A DNA stretch of 37,577 nucleotides. It comes from Vitrella brassicaformis CCMP3155 (Eukaryota > Protista > Chromerida). Shown here piece after piece: positions 23,067 through 33,783 of the stretch (its first letter is position 1; each line of letters opens with the position of its first letter). A program made the translations under genes and the position numbers. A model generated the notes under the pieces. That model saw nothing but the letters and a program-made list of their open reading frames with translations, had not been told where the DNA came from and did no database searches. The DNA lies in the NCBI GenBank assembly GCA_001179505.1, contig CDMY01000642.1, forward strand, positions 1 through 37,577, read 5' to 3'.

Positions 23067-23807
23067 CTCCGTTGAGCGCCACCCCCGGCCAGGCCCGTAT
23101 AAAAGCCGAAAGGTGCACAGTGTTCTGTGCCTGAGAGCTGTTCTTNNNNNNNNNNNNNNNNNNNNNNNNNNNNNNNNNNNNNNNNNNNNNNNNNNNNNNN
23201 NNNNNNNNNNNNNNNNNNNNNNNNNNNNNNNNNNNNNNNNNNNNNNNNNNNNNNNNNNNNNNNNNNNNNNNNNNNNNNNNNNNNNNNNNNNNNNNNNNNN
23301 NNNNNNNNNNNNNNNNNNNNNNNNNNNNNNNNNNNNNNNNNNNNNNNNNNNNNNNNNNNNNNNNNNNNNNNNNNNNNNNNNNNNNNNNNNNNNNNNNNNN
23401 NNNNNNNNNNNNNNNNNNNNNNNNNNNNNNNNNNNNNNNNNNNNNAAGCCGAAAGGTGCACAGTGTTCTGTGCCTGAGAGCTGTTCTTTGTGTGCCGTTG
23501 TCAAGTGTCAAGTCTCTTCTGCAATAACCACGATTTCAGTTCTGTCAGTAGACCACATGGTGTGACCAACTAAAAAATACTAAAGAGTCGTCTGAGACAC
23601 TCTGAGAGACGGCTTCTTGCGATGATTGGGGTTTGTCAGAGAGGGAAAAAGATGCTCTGCTCACTTGTGTAAAGGCCTACGTGCTAAACAAAGACCCAAC
23701 AAGGAGAGAAAGTAGAGGTTTGACGGAAAGCCGACACTTTGATGATACAATGTGGAGGGCCCTTCCCGGGCCTGACACTGCCTCAGCTTCGAAATCCGTC
23801 CCCGAAT
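23067..23807 (+). repeat. ~390-bp dispersed repeat, copy 2 (split by a gap)
   Basis: Same sequence as 20395-20786 with scattered substitutions. The 43 bp before the gap are repeated after it. Confidence 0.9.
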
Positions 23808-24416
23808 GAAGTGACGATGACTTCTCGTATGTGTGTGGACAAGCCGTGTCTCAGACGTCTCTTCAGTCAGATTGACAAAAGAGTCCGGTCTTCTTACTCA
23901 CTCCTTCCAGCCTGCCACAGAAAGGCACACGACACGCAACACATACATGAATGAATTCGACTTTCGGTTTGTGTTATGGTATGCCCACAAGCAGAAGATG
24001 CGACCGTTTCCGCTGCATCTGCCAGAGGGAAGTCATCCTAGATGCAGCACGATGGGGGGAGGGGGGAACGCTCGCTCTCCTTGTACACAATCTGTCCTTT
24101 TCCGACAGACTGATACAGAAGGATGGCTTTTGTGCACATACACTTCACATTCACATGATCCAACTCGCTGTCAGAGTAAACAAGCTCCTGCGGATCCCCC
24201 TTGACAGCTGCACCGCCAACAATGGCGCGGCGCTCTCTATGCTGCATCTGTGAGCGGCAACAGCGATTCATACCTGGACGGCTCAGGGGCAGGGGGGGAC
24301 GGCAGACCGGAAAAGCAGAGACACACACCAGCCGACCTTACTTATCCGCCAAGACTACGCAAACTGGCGGGTTTATGTCTTACCGGTGAGATGATTCATT
24401 CATTCAGACTCAGATG

Positions 24417-24476
24417 AAAAAGGACTAGAGCTATCGTGTGCATCCCCCGGCCCACCTTTCCGCCGGGGTCTCGAAT
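24417..24476 (-). mobile_element. Helitron-like 3' terminus (hairpin, 16 nt, CTAG, T)
   Basis: The minus strand reads ccccggc-ggaaaggtgg-gccgggg-gatgcacacgatagct-CTAG-t. Hairpin at 24445-24468, CTAG at 24425-24428. Confidence 0.5.
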
Positions 24477-27400
24477 TGAGTTAATGTTGTCCCCCCCAAA
24501 AGATAAACCGCCTGACGAGGGGTGTTGACTTCCGTTTGACGGTTTGTATGTTTTCTTTTTATTGTACGGTTTGTATGTAAATTGCAGCGCCCTTTTTCAT
24601 GACCTTTGTTCGTCAGTACAACAGCAGTACAATCGTCACTCACTCAATTCCTTATTCGTGACTGAACGTGAGTCAGGAATGAATATTCACCCCCACATTA
24701 ACCGACCTGTCGCACCGCACCGCACAAGATTGGAAGGGGAGATAGGTAGGGGGGTACCCATAATTTTTTCCGCCCATGTATTGCTTTACTTTCCAGTAGT
24801 GCAAACATACGCATGCACAGGTCTCGCCGAAGGTTTTACGCAGAACAACCCTTAGTGTCACACCACATCATTTTCCATTCGGCTATCCTCTGGCTTCCTC
24901 GCTTGGCAGAAATGTGCCTCATCTATCAGTCGATGGATCGGCATCCTCAAGATGCAACGGGAAGCGTCCTCGGCGCACCATCAATCCATGGCGTCGCCTC
25001 GGAGGCGCTCTTGCTCCAGGTGCCCCCTGGTTCTCTCGTAATCGTTGTCAGGACTCCACGTGCGACTATCATTCAGAGGGTATACCGTAAGTCGGCTCGT
25101 CCAGCATAAGCAATGAGTGGTCCATTGTCCACCTGCAGGTATCTAGGGTCTGGTCGAGATACATCTCACGGGTCAGCGGTCACCCCGAGGTCTTCGAATG
25201 GATACCGCAATGTTGAGGTATGGAGGCCAGCTGAGGCCGCACGGGCACATTGGATATGGGGTAGTGTATTTCACCCCTACAGGATGCCTTCTCTCTGACA
25301 ATTCAGGCACTCTCGCCCCTGTCCCTTCGCAACTGTCATCTTCTCGACAGGGCTCAGCCCGACACGGAGGGGCTGCTCGTGCATACTTGCATCCCCTTCT
25401 CTCTTTCTCTGGCGATTGTGGTGATGTGGTTGTTCACGGTAGGATTGTGTCTTCGACATTCAGGTACCCTCATGTTATTCCCTTTGGGTCGGCCCCCTCT
25501 CCCTACTCTCTTCCATGCGACGTCACAGGGACGAGGCAGCGACGAGCGTCCGGCTGCACTAACCTCCGCCTGCAATTACGAAGCAGTAGCTAGCACAAGA
25601 GGTCCATCTCTCTCCCTTGCGTGTTGCAGGAGCACTGGGTGTCGGTGATATTTGTTTGCTTGAGTGAGAGTTATGTGGCGGGCATCCATCACTGGCTGAC
25701 ATCGTCAGGCCTATATGATGATGCCTTGGATGGGCAAGGCTGTATAGTCTGGTGCTAGTTACCCTGCAGTTCCATGTTATGAGACTTCGATAAGAGTCGA
25801 TCTTCATTTCAAGTGTGGCGTGAGTATGAGTGTCTCTCATTCATGGGTGGTGGCGCCCAGGTACATGGCACGCCCACCCCCATACAGATCGGTCCATGTC
25901 CTTACATGTATCACTGGTACCACGTATGACATATATATCCTTCAATGCAGTCATTGCTGCTACCGCTTCAACAAACAACGACCAGAGCGGTCATCATTGC
26001 CTGACATCCGTACCATCACACACGAGTGAATGATCAAGTCCATCCCGCTTGCAGTCTTTGGTCTCCATCAGGCCTCCCATCTGATGGCGCAACCCGGGGC
26101 GACTACCTTTCCGTGCGTAAGAGGCCTCCCATCTCAATACGCTACCCCTGTGCTTTCCACGCTGTCCTTTTCAGACAGTCATGATCACACAAGGCATCGC
26201 TCGGCTGTCTCGCCTTACGATGGCCTGACTGTACATTGAGCCGTAGGAATCCCTCATCTACGACCGACAGGTGACCCAGTCGATAGCGAACCAAGTGGAG
26301 ACACTCAACACTTGACCCGACGGTCTTGTCCATGCGGAGCTTGGCTACCCTCACATGAATATTGACCGTTTTCACCCGCCTTGCCTGTTGACTATAGGTG
26401 AGGGCTGTCGCCCCCGTACCACAGCATGCCACTTCCGCCTCCCGGAGCCCGACATACTGCCGACTAGAGGGTACCACAGTAGGATGTCTCTTCATCCTTC
26501 GCTAGACACGAGGGCCTTCAGCTTACTCCCTTGCGCTATACCTTGGATTTTACGTGCCCCCGGATCCTCACGGACCCACTGCCCCCTGTTAAAGACATGG
26601 CATTGGGAGACCCCACCTCCCTCGCCCATCTCTGGGAGGCGCAGGATCGTGCTCATACGTTGAGTCTGTCAGCAGTGTATCGTTTCTTACCGAACTGGCG
26701 TAATGGCCCAGTCCGTCCATACTTGGCTTTGTCACTTGTCGCGTTCTCTCCCCCGTGGCGGTCTGCCAGGGGATATTTCCTTAGCCAGCCAAAGCTGCTT
26801 GGGCCTTCTCCGTTCCCTCCTCGATGGTGCTTCGCACCACGAGTTCAGTCAGTTCCTCTCCTCTTTCCCCGTTAATTAACGTGTAACTGTACTCTCTCTC
26901 ATGCTCTCCGGGGCCATACAGACTAGATTCTTCCTCAAATATCCGTCCACATGGGCGGTAGGGTGTGAGACATGTGTTGGTATGCCTCGACGGCTTATGC
27001 GCAGTAGAGGCAGATGGACAACATCAGGGCTTCGGGTGGTGCGCTGGAGTGTGCCCCCTATCCGTGTTGAGTCGCGGCTACCCTCCGCACGTAGCACCGC
27101 GCTCTGGCTCATCCTCGGCAAGGCAACTTACGGAAGGTCCATCAGACAGACAGGCCAAAGGCCCACCTGCCAGACGGAAGGAGAAGAGCCATCTTGGGGG
27201 ATTACTCACACTTCATGGCGCCCTGTGCCTCAGGCTTATTGGGGTGGCCCCTCTCTCCGGGCAGGGAATCAGTTGATGTGTCTTGAGGCAAGTAAGAAGT
27301 GGTGGTGAGAAGCGGACCTCACCACTCACACGGGATCAGTGACCTCCTACAGAAGTGGTCAACTGGATAGGCTTGCAGCTTATAGGAGTGAAGGCTACAG

Positions 27401-27833
27401 ACGACCGAAGGTCTGGGAGTGGCCAGGAACACTGAAAATACGCTAAGTAGGGCAAAGTTCGCAAACTCAATATTTGGGTGAATCGAGATGAAGCAAAAAG
27501 GCAGGAATGTTCAATCGGCGCGCCCAAGGGCCTCAGTTCTCGCCCTTTGGGCCGTTCGCCTCTCGCCCTTGGGCGGGAGGCCTCTCGCCCCGACACTGTT
27601 TTACGATACTCTAACTCTGATTCTCGACTGGGGGAAAATAGGTAACCCCCTCCTCCTTCTTTTCCCAGGTTTTGGAAAAAGTGCTACCGACACGACCCGC
27701 AGCCGACCCGTCGTCGGCGTTTCGGACGGCTGCGAAGAAGACTTTGACACACTCACTCAATCGCAATCGAATGCGGCAAGGGATCACACTAAGTGATGCC
27801 CCCAGACCACTCCGACTTTCTCAAAACAGTCCC

Positions 27834-28734
27834 TCAGAACATGCATGTCGTGTTGGCTTGTTGTGGGTTGTGTGCATGTGCAATAATATAGCGTACGCCT
27901 GTTTTCTTGCCGTATTCTGCAGAAGCATTGTCAAATCCCTCCGCACCCAGCTTTTCGTACACCTTTACATAATTTGGCGGCCACGCCGCCATACGAGCTT
28001 CAACGCGAACGTCCACAAAGCCTGCTGCTTCAATCATATTGCCGAGCAGCCTGCCATGTGCCCCTCCCCCAACCCGGACTGCACCAATACGGTTCACTCA
28101 TCTAGGGGTACACTCACTTGCGATTCCAGGTATAGAGATGATGATCTGCGTCTGCTTTCGCCCCAATAAACGCTTCATCTTTCCACTCATGTTTGATGCC
28201 GACGAGAAGACGACCTCTAGGCTTCAGAGTCGCACGAATGCGGCGCAGCTCGCAAATCGGACACCCAACATGCTCCAAGACAGACAGCGTAAAGGCGAGA
28301 TCAACAGTGCCACAACGCACTGAGCTTACGTGAGCTACTACTTGTTCGATGCCCTGTTTTATCGCGTCGCTGCGTCCAAATGGATTGATTTCTACACAAA
28401 TACGTCGAGCTTGCCGGGGGTTCATATGGGAGAGAACAAAACCACCGCCACATCCGAAATCCATCACCGTGTCCGTCGGACGAAGCAGTCCTTCAAACAA
28501 ATGCTGTTTGGCCTTGCCTCCGAAGACGCCCATTGGCCGCTGATATTTATAATAGGTCTTGTCATAGAAGCCCACATCATCAATTGAGTGCACCAATTCT
28601 TCGTCCACTGGTGAAACCAGCGTTTGTCTTGGAAGCAGAGGAGGAAAGGCTCCTTGATATGGACCACGTAGAATCAAAACAATCACCAATAAGGAACACA
28701 AGAAGCCGTAGGCGACAACGAAGACACTTTTCAT
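27834..28734 (-). CDS. Class I SAM-dependent methyltransferase with N-terminal signal anchor, 2 exons
   Basis: MKSVFVVAYGFLCSLLVIVLIL, VMDFGCGGG, CVEINP, VDLAFTLSVLEHV and LKPRGRLLV. An intron (gtgagt...ggcag) joins HLYTWNRK to LLGNMIEAAGF. Confidence 0.88.
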
Positions 28735-28842
28735 TTTTTGTTTTTTAATTTTTTCAATTTTATTTTTACGCGTGTTTCTACGTATGTTTACGCCGGCTCC
28801 ATGGCCGAGTGGTGCCACGGAGTCATGTCAGCCGGTCGTCGT

Positions 28843-28916
28843 TCGGGACTCGCGAAGCTTGCGAGCGAGGCACGCTCTTTCGGGACTCGCGAGTTTCACG
28901 AGCGTGGCACGCTCTT
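28843..28916. repeat. 2 x 37-bp tandem duplication in the intergenic space between divergent genes
   Basis: tcgggactcgcgaagcttgcgagcgaggcacgctctt / tcgggactcgcgagtttcacgagcgtggcacgctctt. Confidence 0.85.
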
Positions 28917-29002
28917 ACGAAACAAAGTGTATATCCGTCCGTCCGGACGGATCGCAATCGAGAGGGCCCAGGCAGCCATCGAACAGCGGCACGCAGAGAG
29001 TC

Positions 29003-32000
29003 ATGCTGCTGGTGCGAGAGGTCGAGCCCACTCCACACGGGGCTGAGGAGGGCTCTGACGCCTCATCGTGCTGTGAGCAGTCCCTGCCATTGCCGAGTGG
29101 CGATGTGGTGAGCGACGATGGCGAGGGCGGTGACGACGACGAGAGGGGCGACACCCACAGCTGGGTCACGGCTGGCACCGAGGAGGGCTGGCCTAGCTCT
29201 CCTTTGCTTGGGGCGGGTCCGTCGCCGCCGTCGCCGAGGTGTCGCCAGCCGGCTGGGGACAGCGCTGCGGACGAGAAGCCTTGTGACGTTTGTGTTGGTG
29301 CTGGTGCTGGTGATGGGGAAGATCAGGAGGACGACGGAATCATTGGCATGTCGGATGACGACTCAGAGGTACCGATAGAGGGAGAGAGGATCCAGCCATG
29401 ATACACACGTGTCTGTGTGTGTGTGTGTGTCCCTCCCTTTCCTCCCCCCCTGTCTCCCTCCCCTCTGTCAGATGGACTTCCGCTGCGACAGCCCCGCGGC
29501 ACATCCCCGCCACTATGAGTGCGAGCAGCGACACAGATACAGCTTCGCTCACTCCACATGCACCACCACCACAGCGGCAGCAGCAGCAGCAGCAGCCAAG
29601 ACACGATGTCGCTCCTACTCCGAGAGCTATGCATTTCACCTGCCCCCCGTCAGCGAGCCCGCCACACGCCCAGCAATGGCCCCCAATGGCCGGAGAGCCA
29701 AGGAGGGCGAAATGGTGGAGGGTTGGTCGAGTCCGAATTGGCGTGTGGTGCCGCACGAGGACCTGCGGGTGGTGCGGACCTCCCGCGACGCGCGGCAGTT
29801 TGAGTTCCATCCTGTGAGGGAAGATGTGATGCTCGTCGGACACAAAAGTGGCGCGGTGAGCCGGGGAGGGAGGGAGAGAGGGAGAGAGGGATGACGTGTG
29901 TCCTTTACNNNNNNNNNNNNNNNNNNNNNNNNNNNNNNNNNNNNNNNNNNNNNNNNNNNNNNNNNNNNNNNNNNNNNNNNNNNNNNNNNNNNNNNNNNNN
30001 NNNNNNNNNNNNNNNNNNNNNNNNNNNNNNNNNNNNNNNNNNNNNNNNNNNNNNNNNNNNNNNNNNNNNNNNNNNNNNNNNNNNNNNNNNNNNNNNNNNN
30101 NNNNNNNNNNNNNNNNNNNNNNNNNNNNNNNNNNNNNNNNNNNNNNNNNNNNNNNNNNNNNNNNNNNNNNNNNNNNNNNNNNNNNNNNNNNNNNNNNNNN
30201 NNNNNNNNGCCGAGGTGTCGCCAGCCGGCTGGGGACAGCGCTGCGGACGAGAAGCCTTGTGACGTTTGTGTTGGTGCTGGTGCTGGTGATGGGGAAGATC
30301 AGGAGGACGACGGAATCATTGGCATGTCGGATGACGACTCAGAGGTACCGATAGAGGGAGAGAGGATCCAGCCATGATACACACGTGTCTGTGTGTGTGT
30401 GTGTGTCCCTCCCTTTCCTCCCCCCCTGTCTCCCTCCCCTCTGTCAGATGGACTTCCGCTGCGACAGCCCCGCGGCACATCCCCGCCACTATGAGTGCGA
30501 GCAGCGACACAGATACAGCTTCGCTCACTCCACATGCACCACCACCACAGCGGCAGCAGCAGCAGCAGCAGCCAAGACACGATGTCGCTCCTACTCCGAG
30601 AGCTATGCATTTCACCTGCCCCCCGTCAGCGAGCCCGCCACACGCCCAGCAATGGCCCCCAATGGCCGGAGAGCCAAGGAGGGCGAAATGGTGGAGGGTT
30701 GGTCGAGTCCGAATTGGCGTGTGGTGCCGCACGAGGACCTGCGGGTGGTGCGGACCTCCCGCGACGCGCGGCAGTTTGAGTTCCATCCTGTGAGGGAAGA
30801 TGTGATGCTCGTCGGACACAAAAGTGGCGCGGTGAGCCGGGGAGGGAGGGAGAGAGGGAGAGAGGGATGACGTGTGTCCTTTACACACCTCTGTGTGTGT
30901 GCATGTGTGTGTGCAGGTGTCGGTGATAGACTTCGAGAGGGATGTGTCAGTCGGCAGGGAGCCCGTGGCGCAGTGCCCCATCCTGGGTTTAGCGTGGCTG
31001 CATCTGCACCCTACGATCGCCATATGCGGTGCGGCCAACGATGGCACCACCTGCATGCTGCAGTGGGACGAGAACGAGGGCCTGGGCAGGGGACTCAGGA
31101 GACTACACAGCTGCAGAAGATTCGAACAACTCAGGTAGGTGGGCCAGATACACACCGGCCTCCGGCCATCTCTGTGTCGATGTGATGTGTGTATCCATTG
31201 CTCCCTCCCCGTCTCTCTCTCTGCCCCTGTGTGTGTGTGCAGTTCTTTGTCAGTGAATGTGAGTGACGACTACTTCATGACGTCAGGGTTTAGGCGTGAC
31301 TTGGCGCTCTATGACGTGGCCACGGCGCGGCAGCTGCAGGTGTTCGACAACGTCCACCACCACCACATCAACATACTGAGGTCAGGAAGGAATCCAAGCC
31401 CCTGGCAGCACAAGAGGCACGTTCCTGACCTCTCTGTGTCTCTGTTTGTGTGTGTCTGCTGTACAGGTTTTCCGATCACTCGCCTCACATTTTCGCGACA
31501 TCGTCGTTCGACCAGACGTGCAAGTGAGCATTCGGCGGGGTCTCTCTCTCTCTCTCTGTGTGTGCAAAAGGCTGATGGTCTGTTGCCTGTTGTCGTGTGC
31601 AGGTTGTGGGATTTGCGTGAAAAGATCTGCAGCAGCCGGCCGGCTCAATGTTTCCACACGGGGTGTCTCAACGTCATGTGCTGCTTCTCGCCCGACGACC
31701 GCTTCCTGCTGTGCAGTGGCATCGATGCGAGCCTGCATCAGTTCTCCCTGGGCAGTGCGTGTGAGTACCCGTCGCATGACGGCCTGCAAGTGCCGCCGCT
31801 GCACTCTCAGCAAAACTACCGCAGGTACCTCAGTCGGACGGTAGCAGACAAGACAGACACACCCGAGAAATGGATGGTATGTATGTGTTCCCTCCCTGCC
31901 TGGCCTGCGTTTTTTTCTTCTTTAGGTCGTTGTATTTGTCAACCAGTCGGCACTTCATCACCGCCGCCACAGACGAGAGCTTCGTCCGAGTCATGGGCAT

Positions 32001-33191
32001 TCACGGTAGGCACCACACATGAGTGAGTATCCCATCCCAGCCACAGCCACCACTGCACACACTCCCTGCCATGTATGATATATATGTCAGGTGAGGATTA
32101 CGGTATCATCCGTTTCAACGGTCTGCTGAAGACGCCCCTGCCGAGCGACACCGACCCCTCCTCCAGCAGGATGGGCTACGACAGTACGGCCCTCTCGCGA
32201 CGACTGGCCGGCCGCAACGCATCCGTCTCGCTCGACGGGCAGGGCAGCCTCATGCTACTCAGCAACCCGCTCTGGGGCTCACCGCATGCCCGGATTCTCT
32301 CAGGCAATACGGTTCCTCGTCTCATCGGTACGTCAGTCAACCACCCAAGGCAACGCGCACACAGCGGACACAGAGACGTGGTGGGTCTTGTGTGTGTGTG
32401 TGTTGGCAGGTCCGTCGTCGGATGCCGTTCGCGGGCCCTCCCCCTCCTGGTATGTCGATAGCCGAGCCGCCCACCCCGCCCCCGCCCCCCTCCCCGTCTG
32501 TCATCGATGAGAGCGAAGTCACCGACACGCAGCAGCAGCAGCAGCAGCAGCAGCAACAACACGACCCAGCCATGGCCCAGCAACCGCCAAACCAGCAGCA
32601 GGCAGCAGCAGCCACATCTCGCCCCCCCACGCCCTACCCCGAGATGAGGAGCCGGTCNNNNNNNNNNNNNNNNNNNNNNNNNNNNNNNNNNNNNNNNNNN
32701 NNNNNNNNNNNNNNNNNNNNNNNNNNNNNNNNNNNNNNNNNNNNNNNNNNNNNNNNNNNNNNNNNNNNNNNNNNNNNNNNNNNNNNNNNNNNNNNNNNNN
32801 NNNNNNNNNNNNNNNNNNNNNNNNNNNNNNNNNNNNNNNNNNNNNNNNNNNNNNNNNNNNNNNNNNNNNNNNNNNNNNNNNNNNNNNNNNNNNNNNNNNN
32901 NNNNNNNNNNNNNNNNNNNNNNNNNNNNNNNNNNNNNNNNNNNNNNNNNNNNNNNNNGCCACATCTCGCCCCCCCACGCCCTACCCCGAGATGAGGAGCC
33001 GGTCAGAGTATGTGCAGTCGCTGAGAGGGCACCCCACCAAGGCGCTGCAGATGGGGGCGCTGATCGCCACCTACTCCGAGCGCCAGGCATCGTTCATCGC
33101 ACTGGCGACCATCAAGGGGGGTTTCGATCAGGAGAGAGGAGAGGACGACGAGCACGAGGGCATCGGGCACTGCAGATACGGCGGGGGGTAG
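29003..33191 (+). CDS. DHU1: WD40-repeat protein of the DHU1 (DWD hypersensitive to UV-B 1)-like family, multi-exon
   Basis: Ordered motifs RQFEFHP, ILGLAWL, SLSVNVSDDYFMTSG..RDLALYD, QVFDNVHHHHINILR|FSDHSPHIFATSSFD, LWDLRE, NVMCCFSPDDRFLL and YVQSLRGHP match the plant DHU1 WD40 region as I recall it. The start codon is uncertain, and 29233-29908 is duplicated across an assembly gap. Confidence 0.8.
32531..32560 (+). repeat. (CAG)n tract encoding poly-Q in the WD40 gene
   Basis: (cag)8 caa caa inside a Pro/Gln-rich insert. Confidence 0.85.
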
Positions 33192-33630
33192 ACAGGCCGT
33201 CAGTTTCTGTGCATGGATGAGTCCGTGAGTGTGATCAACGACTGCGTTTATCGGTCGGTTCATGTTGCGTGCTGAGAGAGACGTGAGACTTGTCGTCTTT
33301 TTCCTCCAACTTGCTTGTCCGGTTGTCCTTGTGTGTATGTGTGTGGGTAAGGGAGTCAGCTGTAGAGTAGTATCCCATTATCCACACCCTTCCTTACTGA
33401 CAGTCTACGATGAGATCTGTTGCTGCCCGTGACACGTGTGTGTATGTGTGTGAATACACATCTTCCTCCTGGTGCATGTGTGTGTGCATGCATTCTGTCC
33501 GCGTGCGCATTTTTCGCCCAGACACCTGTCTGTCTGTCCGTGCGTGTGCTGTACATGTGCGGTTTGCCCTCAGACTCAATGCGCCAGAGCCGCCGAGGCT
33601 TACGTAGCTGAGGCGTTTGGACCAACGATC

Positions 33631-33675
33631 AGGGTTTAGGGTTCCACCTGCCCTAAATCCCTAACCCCAACCCTA
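33631..33675. promoter_or_regulatory. Telomere-like motifs on both strands upstream of the NYN gene (telo-box-like)
   Basis: agggtttagggtt followed by ccctaaatccctaaccccaaccct, about 110 bp upstream of ATG 33784. Confidence 0.35.
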
Positions 33676-33783
33676 CATTGGACCGCTTGCGTCGTTTGCA
33701 GCTGGTGTTGTTTGCTTCCGTTCGGAGACCATTCCCTACCCGTGAACCGCTTCCCCCCGGCGTCAGATCTCCTTGTGTGCGAG

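Noticed and set aside
20395-23807. 390-bp direct repeats as LTRs
   Set aside because: No TG...CA termini, PBS, PPT, TSD or internal gag/pol were found.
24749-27655. Degenerate TIR pair (aggggggtacccataatttttt / rc of gggggaaaataggtaaccccct)
   Set aside because: It needs several gaps over ~30 nt of low-complexity sequence, and there is no TSD.
30209-30884. Exon duplication in the WD40 gene
   Set aside because: It appears identical to the sequence before the gap, which is typical of an unmerged contig overlap.
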